NCBI GenBank assembly: GCA_902805565.1
Contig: CADCTP010000412.1
Span: forward strand, 1-53,213
Source of the DNA: an uncultured Mycobacteriales bacterium
Lineage (GTDB): Bacteria > Actinomycetota > Actinomycetes > Mycobacteriales > CADCTP01
DNA: 53,213 bases
Direction: 5' to 3'
The notes under the pieces were generated by a model. That model was not told the origin of the DNA and did not search any database. It saw only the letters and a list, made by a program, of their open reading frames with translations. The translations under genes and the position numbers were made by a program. Shown here one piece after another: positions 27,515-36,577 of the stretch. Position 1 is the stretch's first letter. Each line of letters begins with the position of its first letter.

Positions 27515-28802
27515 GCCCCTCGGCGACGCCGAGGACGCGGCGACGACCGACCATCTCCAGCGGTGCGTCGCCTGCCGGGACGAACTCCGGTCGCTGCGGG
27601 AGACCATCGGGCTGGCCCGGGAGACCGTCGAGTTCCGCGACGGGATGTCGGCGCCGCCCGCTGCGGTCTGGGACCGGATCGTCGCGGAGGCCGGTATCGG
27701 GCCCACGACGGCGCGCCGGTCGCACCTGTCCGCCGACCTGCCGGCGCCGCGTTCCACCCTGCCGGTCCCGAGCTTCACCGACCCGAGCGACGTCGCCGGG
27801 CCGAGCGACGTCACCGACCCGGGCGATGTCACCGGGCCGGGCCGCCGGAGCGGCTCCAGCCGCCTGACTGACCCGGCTGACCCGGGCCGCTCCAGCGACC
27901 TCAGGGGATTGGGCGGGCCGACCGAGCCCAGCGGGCCGGTCGATGCGGGCGGATCAGCAACGCTGACCGGACCGACCGGCCGGAGTGGCCGCGGCGACCA
28001 CGGCCGGCCGGCCGGCGGAAGCCGACAGGCAGATGGAAGCCGGCCGGCCGACCGGAGCCCGCAGGCCGACCGGAGCCGGCTGGCCGATCAGGCCGGCCCG
28101 GACGGTCACGGGGCACCGGCTCGGCACAGCGGCCTTCCGGGCCACAGCCGCCCGGACGATCCGGGCGACCCGACCGGATCGACAGGCCCGGCCGGCTCGA
28201 GCGGTCCGGGCGACTCCACCGGCTGGACCGGTCCGACCGCGACGGGCCCTACGGTTACAGGCCCGACGGCGACCGGACCAGGTCGAGGCGGCCGACACCG
28301 TTCTCCGGACGGGCCGGGTACGCCCCCGGGCAACTCCGAGGCCCGGGTGCTGCCGCTGCGGCGGTGGGGGAGCATCGCGATCGCCGCGGTCGCGGCCGCC
28401 GCCGTCGGGGTCGTCGGCACCCTGGCCGCGGTCCGGCCCTGGGAGGAGGACGCGCCGGCGGTCGTCGTCGCGAGCGCCTCGGCCAGCCTCGGGCCGGTGT
28501 CCGGCGGCCCGGGTGGGGTGACCGGGCGGGCCGTGGTGGTGCAGGCCGCCGCCGGACCGCGGCTCGAGGTCACCGCGGCCGGGCTGCCATCGCCCGAGGG
28601 CTACTACGAGGTCTGGGTGTTCGACGGCACCAGCCGGATGGTGTCGGTGGGCACCCTCGGACCCGACGCGTCGGCCTCGCTGCCGTTGCCGGCCACGATG
28701 GACCTGGGCACGTTCCGGGTGGTGGACATCTCGGCCGAGCGGTACGACGGCGAGCAGACCCACTCCCAGGACAGCGTGCTGCGCGGGACCCTGAGCAGCT
28801 GA
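27468..28802 (+). CDS. anti-sigma factor (zf-HC2, long repetitive linker, TM helix, RskA-like C-terminus)
   Basis: The GTG at 27468 follows GGGAGG and overlaps the sigma gene by 47 nt. The H-x3-C-x2-C motif is HLQRCVAC. The TM helix is IAIAAVAAAAVGVVGTLAAV. The C-terminus is YYEVWVFDG...FRVVDISAE. Confidence 0.75.
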   Translation: MQHVDPDQLTLLALGEPLGDAEDAATTDHLQRCVACRDELRSLRETIGLARETVEFRDGMSAPPAAVWDRIVAEAGIGPTTARRSHLSADLPAPRSTLPVPSFTDPSDVAGPSDVTDPGDVTGPGRRSGSSRLTDPADPGRSSDLRGLGGPTEPSGPVDAGGSATLTGPTGRSGRGDHGRPAGGSRQADGSRPADRSPQADRSRLADQAGPDGHGAPARHSGLPGHSRPDDPGDPTGSTGPAGSSGPGDSTGWTGPTATGPTVTGPTATGPGRGGRHRSPDGPGTPPGNSEARVLPLRRWGSIAIAAVAAAAVGVVGTLAAVRPWEEDAPAVVVASASASLGPVSGGPGGVTGRAVVVQAAAGPRLEVTAAGLPSPEGYYEVWVFDGTSRMVSVGTLGPDASASLPLPATMDLGTFRVVDISAERYDGEQTHSQDSVLRGTLSS

Positions 28803-28879
28803 CCGGGCCTGCGCGGCTCAAGAGGACCTGAGCAGCTCGACAGGACCTGGGCAGCTCGACGGGACCCGCCGGCTGCTCG
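28785..28879. repeat. 19-bp tandem repeat (rGGACCTGrGCAGCTCGAC), about 5 copies of decaying identity
   Basis: Units start at 28785 (it contains the anti-sigma stop codon), 28804 (degenerate), 28823, 28842 and 28861 (degenerate). The 28823 and 28842 copies differ at one base. Confidence 0.7.
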
Positions 28880-28905
28880 GCCGGGCGGCGTGCCGCCCGG
28901 CCGAG
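28876..28905. terminator. GC-rich palindromic hairpin between convergent genes (bidirectional terminator candidate)
   Basis: The arm ctcggccgggcggc (28876-28889) and the arm gccgcccggccgag (28892-28905) are perfect reverse complements. There is no U-tract, as is common in high-GC actinobacteria. Confidence 0.5.
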
Positions 28906-28913
28906 CCGGCCGA

Positions 28914-29606
28914 TCAGGCCAGGGTGACGAAGACGTGCCGCGCGGTGAGGTCGTCCACGGTGGTGGCGCCGAAGTCGGTGGTGAGCAGCAGCCCACGGCC
29001 GTCGGGGACGATCTTGACGGTCCGGCCCGGCTGTACGCCGGCCGAGCGCAGGCCGCGCAGGACCTCCGCGTCCGGCTGGATCTGCTCGCTGATCCGGCGG
29101 ACCACCGCCGTCTCCGAGCCGCTGGTGGCGGCCTGCTCCAGGGTGACCAGCGGCCCGTTGTCCGGCGCGACGGGCAGGGTCCCGAGCTCGTCGAGTCCGG
29201 GGATGGGGTTGCCGTGCGGGCAGGTGGTCGGCGCACCCAGCAGGGCGGCGATCCGGCGCTCCACCGAGTCGGACATGACGTGCTCCCAGCGGCAGGCCTC
29301 GATGTGCACCTCCTCCCACTCCATGCCGATGACGTCGATCAGCAGGCACTCGGCGAGCCGGTGCTTGCGCATGACCGAGGTGGCGTGCTTGCGGCCTTCC
29401 TCGGTGAGCTCCAGGTGGCGGTCGCCCTCGACCGTGATCAGGCCGTCCCGCTCCATCCGTGCGACGGTCTGGCTGACGGTCGGGCCACTCTGCTTGAGTC
29501 GTTCGGCGATCCGGGCGCGCAGCGGTACGACACCCTCCTCCTCCAGTTCATAAACTGTACGGAGGTACATCTCGGTGGTGTCGATCAAGTCGCTGTGATG
29601 GCTCAA
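28914..29606 (-). CDS. ideR: iron-dependent repressor IdeR/DtxR family
   Basis: The TTG at 29606 is preceded by GGAGG (ccGGAGGacagTTG) and gives 230 aa. The N-terminus LIDTTEMYLRTVYELEEEGVVPLRARIAERL matches the IdeR N-terminus. Metal-site regions are MRKHRLAECLL and EEVHIEACRWEHVMS. An SH3-like C-terminus is present. Confidence 0.9.
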   Translation of the reverse strand: MSHHSDLIDTTEMYLRTVYELEEEGVVPLRARIAERLKQSGPTVSQTVARMERDGLITVEGDRHLELTEEGRKHATSVMRKHRLAECLLIDVIGMEWEEVHIEACRWEHVMSDSVERRIAALLGAPTTCPHGNPIPGLDELGTLPVAPDNGPLVTLEQAATSGSETAVVRRISEQIQPDAEVLRGLRSAGVQPGRTVKIVPDGRGLLLTTDFGATTVDDLTARHVFVTLA

Positions 29607-29692
29607 CTGTCCTCCGGCTGGTCCCACCGAATGGTACGACCCGACCAGCGAGTACGTGTGGCGGGACGCCGGGCGTGGGCCACGATGACCGA

Positions 29693-30544
29693 ATGCAGTC
29701 CGAGAATCCGTTGATCGACGTCACCGAGTTGGCACGGCTCGCCGCCGCGGGCACCGCAGGGCCCGTCCTGCTCGACGTGCGGTGGCGGCTGGGCGGCCCG
29801 TCGCCGGCCGAGCTGTACGCCGGCGGGCACCTGCCCGGCGCGGTCGCCGTCGACCTGGATACCGACCTCGCCGCCCCGGCCGGCGACCGGACCCGGGGCC
29901 GGCACCCGCTGCCCGAGCCGCCCGCGCTGGAGGCGGCGCTGCGTCGGTGGGGCGTCCGGGCGGACAGCGCCGTGGTCGCGTACGACGACGCCGACGGGAG
30001 CAGCGCGGCCCGGGCGTGGTGGCTGCTGCGCTGGGCCGGGCTGACCGACGTCCGCGTGCTGGACGGCGGGATCGCGGCGTGGGTGGCCGCCGGCCTGCCG
30101 CTGACCACCGAGGTGCCCGCGCCGGTGCCGGGGGACGTGGTGGTGCGGCCGGGCGGGATGCCGGTGCTGGACGCGGCCGGAGCGGCGGCGCTGCCGGCGA
30201 GGGGCGTGCTGCTGGACGCACGGGCGGCCGCCCGGTACCGCGGCGAGGTGGAGCCGGTGGACCCGGTGGCCGGGCACATCCCCGGCGCGCGCAGCGCACC
30301 GACCAGCGGGAACGTCGCCGGGAACGGCCGCTTCCTGCCGGCGGCGGCGCTGCGGGAGCGGTTCGCGGCGCTCGGCGTGGAGCCGGCCCGGCCGGTCGGC
30401 GCGTACTGCGGGTCCGGGGTGACGGCGGCGCAGGCGGTGCTGGCGCTGGAGGTCGCCGGGATCCCGGCCGCGCTCTACCCCGGGTCGTGGAGCGAGTGGG
30501 TGGCCGACCCCACCCGCCCCGTCGCCACCGGCCCGGAGGACTGA
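29693..30544 (+). CDS. thiosulfate/3-mercaptopyruvate sulfurtransferase (tandem rhodanese domains)
   Basis: The gene starts at ATG 29693 (MQSENPLIDV...). It has two rhodanese repeats. The active-site loop is YCGSGVTAA and the C-terminus is YPGSWSEW. Confidence 0.85.
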   Translation: MQSENPLIDVTELARLAAAGTAGPVLLDVRWRLGGPSPAELYAGGHLPGAVAVDLDTDLAAPAGDRTRGRHPLPEPPALEAALRRWGVRADSAVVAYDDADGSSAARAWWLLRWAGLTDVRVLDGGIAAWVAAGLPLTTEVPAPVPGDVVVRPGGMPVLDAAGAAALPARGVLLDARAAARYRGEVEPVDPVAGHIPGARSAPTSGNVAGNGRFLPAAALRERFAALGVEPARPVGAYCGSGVTAAQAVLALEVAGIPAALYPGSWSEWVADPTRPVATGPED

Positions 30545-30591
30545 CCGGCCCGGAGCAGTGACCGGCCCGGAGCAGCGACCGGCCCGAGGAC
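30526..30591. repeat. 17-bp tandem repeat (yGACCGGCCCGGAGsAs), about 4 copies spanning the sulfurtransferase stop codon
   Basis: The copies are caccggcccggaggac, TGAccggcccggagcag, TGAccggcccggagcag and cgaccggcccgaggac. The first TGA (30542) is the gene stop. Confidence 0.75.
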
Positions 30592-30645
30592 TGTCCGGCC
30601 GGCTGCGGGAAGCGCCCCGATCGGCTGCGGGGCGCCGGACACGCG

Positions 30646-30680
30646 CCGGCCCGCCCTGCCGGGGCGGCAGGACGGGCCGG
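30646..30680. terminator. 15-bp-stem hairpin (one mismatch) between convergent genes
   Basis: The arm ccggcccgccctgcc (30646-30660) pairs with ggcaggacgggccgg (30666-30680) across the loop ggggc. It lies between the sulfurtransferase (+) and lipoprotein (-) 3' ends. Confidence 0.5.
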
Positions 30681-30693
30681 GGAGCGGGACCGC

Positions 30694-31308
30694 CTACTTC
30701 GGGAACTTCGGGACGACCTGCTCCAGGACCTTGACCGCGATCGCGTCGCCGCCCTCCCGCAGGCCGGCGAAGTACGCCGCGATCAGGCCGGCGGCCTCCG
30801 GGTCGCTGCTGCGGGCCACGTAGATGATCGTGGTCGAGGTCTTGACCGCCGGCTTGCCGGCCACCGTGAGGTCGGTCGAGTCGGCCTTCTTGTACTCGCT
30901 GAGCTTCAGGTAGTCGAAGACGGCGATGATCATGGACCGGCCGTCCTCGGCCCGGAGCTGGCACCCGCTGCTCTGCGACCGGCCGAAGGACACCGTGGTG
31001 CCGAACGCGTCCTCGACGGCCTTCTTGTCCATCGCCTGGCAGACCGGGCTGGTCTCGGTGGAGTCGGACCCGCTGGACGACGCGGACGGGGTGCTGGTGG
31101 CGGTGGCGTCGCCACCGTCCTCGTCGCCGGTCGGCGACGAGGACGGCATCATCGTGGCGGACGGGGTGGGGGTCCCGCCGAGACCGCCCGATCCGGCCGG
31201 GATGTCGGCGGCGACCGTGCCGGTGCCTTCCACGACCTGGGCGCAGGCGGCCGCCGTGCTCGCGGCGAGCAACAGGGCGAGGCTTGCCAGGATCCGTCGG
31301 GCCCTCAT
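30694..31308 (-). CDS. probable secreted lipoprotein
   Basis: The signal peptide MRARRILASLALLLAASTAAAC carries a lipobox-like AAAC. It is followed by a Ser/Thr/Pro/Gly-rich linker and then a globular domain with two Cys (SPVCQAM, SSGCQL). Confidence 0.7.
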   Translation of the reverse strand: MRARRILASLALLLAASTAAACAQVVEGTGTVAADIPAGSGGLGGTPTPSATMMPSSSPTGDEDGGDATATSTPSASSSGSDSTETSPVCQAMDKKAVEDAFGTTVSFGRSQSSGCQLRAEDGRSMIIAVFDYLKLSEYKKADSTDLTVAGKPAVKTSTTIIYVARSSDPEAAGLIAAYFAGLREGGDAIAVKVLEQVVPKFPK

Positions 31309-31533
31309 CTACCGATCCTCTCTCAGGGTGCCTGCCGGCATGTGGCGGGTCACATGCCGACGTCCGGCGCAACGATGGGTTGTCTTCCGGCTCTCGGCCC
31401 ACGACCACCGTGCGCAACGAGGGCTCAGCCTACGGGGTGAAACGGGACGAGGCAGGCAACCCCCGCATGTCGTTTCCGGTTGCCCAGAGTGATCATGCCG
31501 GGTCCCGGATCGCCGGCCGGTAGCGTCGGCTGC

Positions 31534-32727
31534 GTGAGTGACTCGGTCACCGTCGTCTGGGACGACGAGTTCCTGTCCTACGACTGGGGTGTCGAGCACC
31601 CGATGAACCCGATCCGGCTGGCGCTGACGATGTCGCTGGCCCGCGGGCTCGGGGTGCTCGACCATCCGGGCGTCACGGTCGTCCGACCGCGCCCGGCGAC
31701 CGAGGAACAGCTGACGCTGGTGCACGACCCGGCCTACCTGGACGCGGTCCGGGCCGCGCCGACCCGGCCCCGGGGGGTCGGGCACGGGTTCGACTCCACC
31801 GACAACCCGGTCTTCCCGCACATGTACGAGGCCTCCGCGCTGGTCACCGGTGGCTCCGTGCTCGCCGCCGAGCGGGTCTGGTCCGGCCGGGCGCAGCACG
31901 CGGTGAACATCGCCGGCGGGCTGCACCACGCGATGCGGTCCCGGGCGTCGGGATTCTGCGTGTTCAACGACCCGGCGGTGGCCATCGCCCGCCTGCTGGA
32001 GCTCGGTGCCGAGCGGGTCGCGTACGTCGACGTGGACGTGCACCACGGCGACGGCGTGCAGGCGGCCTTCTACGCCGATCCCCGGGTGCTCACCGTCAGC
32101 CTTCATCAGAGTCCACTGACGCTGTTCCCGGGCACCGGGTTCCCCGACGAGCTGGGTCGGGGCGACGCGACCGGGACCAGTGTCAACGTCGCGCTGCCGG
32201 CCGGCACGACCGACGAGGGCTGGCACCGGGCGTTCGCCGCGGTGGTGCCCTCGGTGCTGCGGGCCTTCCGGCCGCAGGTGCTGGTGACCCAGGCCGGCTG
32301 CGACACCCACCACGAGGACCCGCTGGCCGAGCTGGCGCTCACCGTGGACGGCCAGCGCCGGTCGTACATGGTGCTGCACGAGCTGGCGCACGAGCTCTGC
32401 GGCGGGAGGTGGGTCGCGTTCGGCGGCGGCGGGTACGGCCTGGTCCGATGCGTGCCGCGGGCGTGGACCCACCTGCTGGCCGAGGCCGTCGGGCAGCGGG
32501 TGGAGCCCGGCTGCCCCGTGCCGGAGGAGTGGCGGGCCGAGGTGCGCGAGCGCGGCCTGCGCACGCCGCCGCCGCGGGCGATGACCGAGCGGGACCCGGC
32601 CGCCGCCGACCTGGCCTGGTCGGCCTGGCAGCCGGGGGAGGACAGCGCGCTGGCCCGCGCGGTCGCCGCGACCCGGCGGGCGGTCTTCCCGCTGCACGGC
32701 CTGGACCCCGACGACCCGAGGGACTGA
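31534..32727 (+). CDS. acuC: acetoin utilization protein AcuC / class I histone deacetylase-family deacetylase
   Basis: The gene starts at GTG 31534 (VSDSVTVVWDDEF...). Deacetylase motifs are HPMNPIRL, GGLHHAMRSRASGFCVFND, DVDVHHGDGVQ and the FPGTG context. Confidence 0.85.
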   Translation: MSDSVTVVWDDEFLSYDWGVEHPMNPIRLALTMSLARGLGVLDHPGVTVVRPRPATEEQLTLVHDPAYLDAVRAAPTRPRGVGHGFDSTDNPVFPHMYEASALVTGGSVLAAERVWSGRAQHAVNIAGGLHHAMRSRASGFCVFNDPAVAIARLLELGAERVAYVDVDVHHGDGVQAAFYADPRVLTVSLHQSPLTLFPGTGFPDELGRGDATGTSVNVALPAGTTDEGWHRAFAAVVPSVLRAFRPQVLVTQAGCDTHHEDPLAELALTVDGQRRSYMVLHELAHELCGGRWVAFGGGGYGLVRCVPRAWTHLLAEAVGQRVEPGCPVPEEWRAEVRERGLRTPPPRAMTERDPAAADLAWSAWQPGEDSALARAVAATRRAVFPLHGLDPDDPRD

Positions 32728-32728
32728 G

Positions 32729-35371
32729 ATGACCGCCGCCGTGCCGCCCGTGCCGTACCCGGCGGGGTGGGAGGCCGATGTCGTCGCCTCCGACGGGGGC
32801 GTCGTGCACCTGCGGCCGATCCGGCCCGAGGACGCCGACGCGCTGGTCGCGTTCCACGGCCGGTTGTCGGAGCGGACCCGCTACCTGCGCTACTTCGGGC
32901 CGTACCCGCGGATCCCGGAGCGCGACCTGCACCACTTCACCCACGTCGACCACGTGGACCGGGTCGCGCTGGTGGCGGTGCTCGGCGACGACCTGATCGG
33001 CGTCGGCCGGTACGACCGGCTCGGCGCCCGGCCGGACGCGGAGGTCGCGTTCGTGGTCTCCGACGAGCACCAGGGCCGCGGCATCGGCTCGGTGCTGCTG
33101 GAGCACCTGGCCGCGGCCGCCCGGGAGCGCGGGATCCAGCGCTTCGTCGCCGAGGTCCTGGCCGAGAACGCGAAGATGATCCGCGTCTTCACCGACGCCG
33201 GCTACACCGCCGACTACAAGTACGACTCCGGCGTGGTCGAGCTGACCTTCCCGATCGCGCCGACCGAGCAGTCCCGGGCGGTGGCGGCCGAGCGGGAGCG
33301 CCGCGCCGAGGCCCGGTCGATCGAGCGGCTGCTCACCCCGGGCTCGGTCGCGGTGATCGGGGCCAGCACCGACCCGGCCAAGATCGGCCACGTCGTGTTC
33401 GCCAACCTCATGGCGTACGGCTTCGCCGGCCCGGTCTACCCGGTGCACCCAGGGGCCCGGCACGTCGGCGGCGTCCGGGCGTACCCGTCGGTGCTGGACG
33501 TGCCGGACGACGTCGACCTGGCCGTCGTCGCGGTGCCGGCGGCGATGGTCGGCGAGGTGGTCGAGCAGTGCGGGCGGAAGGGCGTCCGCGGGGTCGTGGT
33601 GGTCTCCGGCGGGTTCGGCGAGCGGGACGCCGCCGGCCGGGAGGCGGAGCGGCGGCTGGTCGCGGCGGCCCGGGCGCAGGGCATGCGGGTGGTCGGGCCG
33701 AACTGCCTGGGCGTCGTCAACGCCGACCCGGCGGTCCGGCTCAACGCGACGATCGCGCCGCTCGCGCCGGGGCTGGGCCGGGTCGGGTTCTTCTGCCAGT
33801 CCGGCGCGCTCGGCGTGGCCATCCTGGCCGCCGCCAGCCGGTGGGGACTGGGCCTGTCCACGTTCGTCAGCGCGGGCAACCGGGCCGACGTCAGCGGGAA
33901 CGACCTGCTGCAGTACTGGGAGCGCGACCCGGCCACCGACGTGGTCCTGCTCTACCTGGAGAGCTTCGGCAACCCGCGCAAGTTCGCCCGGCTGGCCCGG
34001 CGGGTCGCCCGCACCAAGCCGGTGGTCGCGGTGAAGACCGGCCGGTACGGCGCGTCCACCCCGGCGCTGGCGGCGCGGTCGGTGCCGGTGCCGGAGGAGC
34101 GCGTGCAGGCGCTGTTCGAGGACTCCGGCGTCATCCGGGTCGACACCCTGACCGAGCTGTTCGACGTCGCGCAGCTGCTGGCCTACCAGCCGCTGCCGAC
34201 CGGCTCCCGGGTCGCCACCGTGACGAACTCCTCCGCGCTCGGCGTGCTCGTCGCCGACGCCTGCCTGGCCTCCGGGCTGGACGTGACGGCGACCGTCGAT
34301 GTCGGGCCGGACGCGGACGTGCCGGCCTTCTCGGCCGGGGTGCGGGACGCGGTGCAGCGGGCCGACGCGGTGGTGGTGGTGTTCGCCCCGGCCCTGGCGA
34401 CCCCGGGGGACGACTACGCCGCCGCGCTGGCCGGGGTCGCCGCGACCTCCCGGGTGCCGGTGCTCACCACGTTCCTGGGGCACCGGGGCGTGCCGGTGCC
34501 GCTGCGTCGCTGCGGCCCCGGTGGGGAGGCGCTGCCGGGCTCGGTGCCGTCGTACCCGACGCCGGAGCGGGCGGTGCGGGCGCTGGCCTCCGCCGCCCGG
34601 TACGCCGCCTGGCGCCGCCGCCCCGCCGACACCTTCCCCGAGCTGCCCGGCGTCGACGTCGCCGCGGCGCGGGCCGTGGTGGAGACGGTGCGCGGCACCC
34701 GGCAGCTCACCCCGGCCGAGGCCGGCGCGCTGCTGGGCGCGTACGGGCTGCCGGTGCTGGAGCGGCGGGTCGCCGCCGACCCGGACGAGGCGGCTGCCGC
34801 CGCGGCCGAGCTGGGCTACCCGGTCGCCGCGAAGGCCACCGCGCCCGCCCTGCGGCACCGCCAGGACCTCGGCGCCGTCCGCCTGGACCTGGCCGACGAG
34901 GCCGCGGTACGGGCCGCGGTCGCCGCGCTGGCGGCCCCGGACGGCGCGCCGGTGGTCGTGCAGCGGATGGCCCCGCCCGGGGTGGCCACGGTGGTCGAGG
35001 TGCTCGACGACCCGTCGTTCGGCGCGCTGGTGTCCTTCGGCGTCGGCGGGCTGGCGACCGAGCTGTTCGGCGACCGGGCGTACGCGCCGGTGCCGCTGTC
35101 GGACCTGGACGCCGCCGAGCTGGTGGCCGCGCCGCGGGCGGCGCCGCTGCTGTCCGGCTACCGCGGCTCCGCGCCGGTGGACACCGACGCCCTGCGGGAC
35201 CTGCTGCTGCGGGTGTCCCGGCTGGCCGAGGACCTGCCCGAGGTGCTGGCGCTGGAGCTGAACCCGGTCCTGGTCAGCGGGACCGGCCTGTCGGTGCTGT
35301 CGGCGACGGTCACCGTGGGCCCGCCGACCGCCCGGGTCGACCCCGGCCCGCGCCGCCTCGGCGAGACCTGA
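32729..35371 (+). CDS. GNAT acetyltransferase fused to an ADP-forming acyl-CoA synthetase-like region (protein lysine acetyltransferase, Pat-type with N-terminal GNAT)
   Basis: 880 aa. The GNAT core is FVVSDEHQGRGIGSVLLEHLAAAARERG. It is followed by a CoA-binding fold (SVAVIGASTDPAKIGHVVF), a succinyl-CoA-ligase-like part and a C-terminal ATP-grasp-like part. The ATG lies 1 nt after the acuC stop. Confidence 0.85.
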   Translation: MTAAVPPVPYPAGWEADVVASDGGVVHLRPIRPEDADALVAFHGRLSERTRYLRYFGPYPRIPERDLHHFTHVDHVDRVALVAVLGDDLIGVGRYDRLGARPDAEVAFVVSDEHQGRGIGSVLLEHLAAAARERGIQRFVAEVLAENAKMIRVFTDAGYTADYKYDSGVVELTFPIAPTEQSRAVAAERERRAEARSIERLLTPGSVAVIGASTDPAKIGHVVFANLMAYGFAGPVYPVHPGARHVGGVRAYPSVLDVPDDVDLAVVAVPAAMVGEVVEQCGRKGVRGVVVVSGGFGERDAAGREAERRLVAAARAQGMRVVGPNCLGVVNADPAVRLNATIAPLAPGLGRVGFFCQSGALGVAILAAASRWGLGLSTFVSAGNRADVSGNDLLQYWERDPATDVVLLYLESFGNPRKFARLARRVARTKPVVAVKTGRYGASTPALAARSVPVPEERVQALFEDSGVIRVDTLTELFDVAQLLAYQPLPTGSRVATVTNSSALGVLVADACLASGLDVTATVDVGPDADVPAFSAGVRDAVQRADAVVVVFAPALATPGDDYAAALAGVAATSRVPVLTTFLGHRGVPVPLRRCGPGGEALPGSVPSYPTPERAVRALASAARYAAWRRRPADTFPELPGVDVAAARAVVETVRGTRQLTPAEAGALLGAYGLPVLERRVAADPDEAAAAAAELGYPVAAKATAPALRHRQDLGAVRLDLADEAAVRAAVAALAAPDGAPVVVQRMAPPGVATVVEVLDDPSFGALVSFGVGGLATELFGDRAYAPVPLSDLDAAELVAAPRAAPLLSGYRGSAPVDTDALRDLLLRVSRLAEDLPEVLALELNPVLVSGTGLSVLSATVTVGPPTARVDPGPRRLGET

Positions 35372-35377
35372 CACGCG

Positions 35378-35406
35378 AAGGACCCCGGCACCCGGCCGGG
35401 GTCCTT
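35378..35406. terminator. 11-bp-stem hairpin between convergent pat-like and sigma genes
   Basis: The arm aaggaccccgg (35378-35388) and the arm ccggggtcctt (35396-35406) are perfect complements with a 7-nt loop. Confidence 0.55.
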
Positions 35407-35440
35407 CGATTCGGGAGGGGCTCCAAAGGGCCCCGAGCGC

Positions 35441-36535
35441 TCAGCCCTCGACGTAGTCGCGCAGCGCGTTCGACCGGGACGGGTGGCGCAGCTTGGCCAT
35501 CGTGTCCCGCTCGATCTGCCGGATGCGCTCCCGGCTCAGCCCGAAGGCCTTGCCGATCTCGTCCAGCGTGCGCGGCCGGCCGTCGTCCAGCCCGTACCGC
35601 ATCCGCAGCACCTGCCGCTCGCGGCTCTCCAGGGTGTCCAGCACCGCGTCGAGCTGCTCGCGCATGAAGCCGAACTCCACCGCGTCCTGCGCGTCCGCGG
35701 CGTCGGAGTCCTCGATGAAGTCGCCCAGGTGGGCGTCCTCGTCGTCACCGACGGTCTGGTCCAGGCTGACCAGGTCCCGGCCGTGCTGCAGCAGCTCGAT
35801 CACCCGCTGCGGGGTGATGTCGAGCTCCAGGCCGAGCTCCTCCTCGGTGGCGTCCCGGCCGAGCTGCTGGTGCAGCAGCCGGCGGGTGCGCTCCAGCTTG
35901 TTGACCTGCTCCACGAGGTGGACGGGCAGCCGGATCGTGCGCCCCTGGTCGGCCATCGCGCGGGTGATGGCCTGGCGGATCCACCAGGTGGCGTAGGTCG
36001 AGAACTTGAAGCCCTTGGTGTAGTCGAACTTCTCCACCGCGCGCACCAGGCCGAGGTTGCCCTCCTGGATCAGGTCCAGGAACGGCAGCCCGTGGCCGGT
36101 GTAGCGCTTGGCCAGCGAGACCACCAGCCGCAGGTTGGCCTGCAGCAGGTGCTCCTTGGCGCGGCGGCCGTCGGTCGCCAGCGCCTGCAGGTCGCGGCGC
36201 TTGGCCGCGGGAATCTTCTTGGTCGTGTCGGCCAGCAGGTGGTCGGCGTAGAGGCCGGCCTCGATGCGCTTGGAGAGCTCGACCTCCTGCTCGGCGTTGA
36301 GCAGGGCCACCTTGCCGATCTCGTTGAGGTAGACCCGGACCAGGTCGGCGGACAGTGCCGCGGACTGCTCGTCCAGGTCGGGCAGCCGCTCGTCGACCTC
36401 GTCGACGGCAGCCGGCGTGCCGGTCGCGTCCGGCCGCGCCCCGGAACGCTGCGTACGGTGGGGCCGGGACATGATCCGCGGCTCCACCGACGCACGGCGG
36501 CGCGGCGTGGCAGAATCGGTGCGAGGAAGGGTCAC
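35441..36535 (-). CDS. group 2 (SigB/Hrd-like) sigma-70 family RNA polymerase sigma factor
   Basis: Region 1.2 is [16 protein letters not shown]. Region 2 is [39 protein letters not shown]. Region 4 is [30 protein letters not shown]. The start is either GTG 36535 or ATG 36472. Confidence 0.85.
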   Translation of the reverse strand: MTLPRTDSATPRRRASVEPRIMSRPHRTQRSGARPDATGTPAAVDEVDERLPDLDEQSAALSADLVRVYLNEIGKVALLNAEQEVELSKRIEAGLYADHLLADTTKKIPAAKRRDLQALATDGRRAKEHLLQANLRLVVSLAKRYTGHGLPFLDLIQEGNLGLVRAVEKFDYTKGFKFSTYATWWIRQAITRAMADQGRTIRLPVHLVEQVNKLERTRRLLHQQLGRDATEEELGLELDITPQRVIELLQHGRDLVSLDQTVGDDEDAHLGDFIEDSDAADAQDAVEFGFMREQLDAVLDTLESRERQVLRMRYGLDDGRPRTLDEIGKAFGLSRERIRQIERDTMAKLRHPSRSNALRDYVEG

Positions 36536-36577
36536 GGACTGTACTCCCGGGCTCGGGTGCTGTCGTACGGTCAGTTC

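Noticed and set aside
32339-35374. A 1011-aa ORF antisense to the acetyltransferase gene, and a 966-aa off-frame ORF (32767-35667) on the same strand
   Set aside because: The frame at 32729-35371 contains GNAT, CoA-binding and ATP-grasp-like motifs. The alternatives are Arg/Pro/Gly-rich without motifs.
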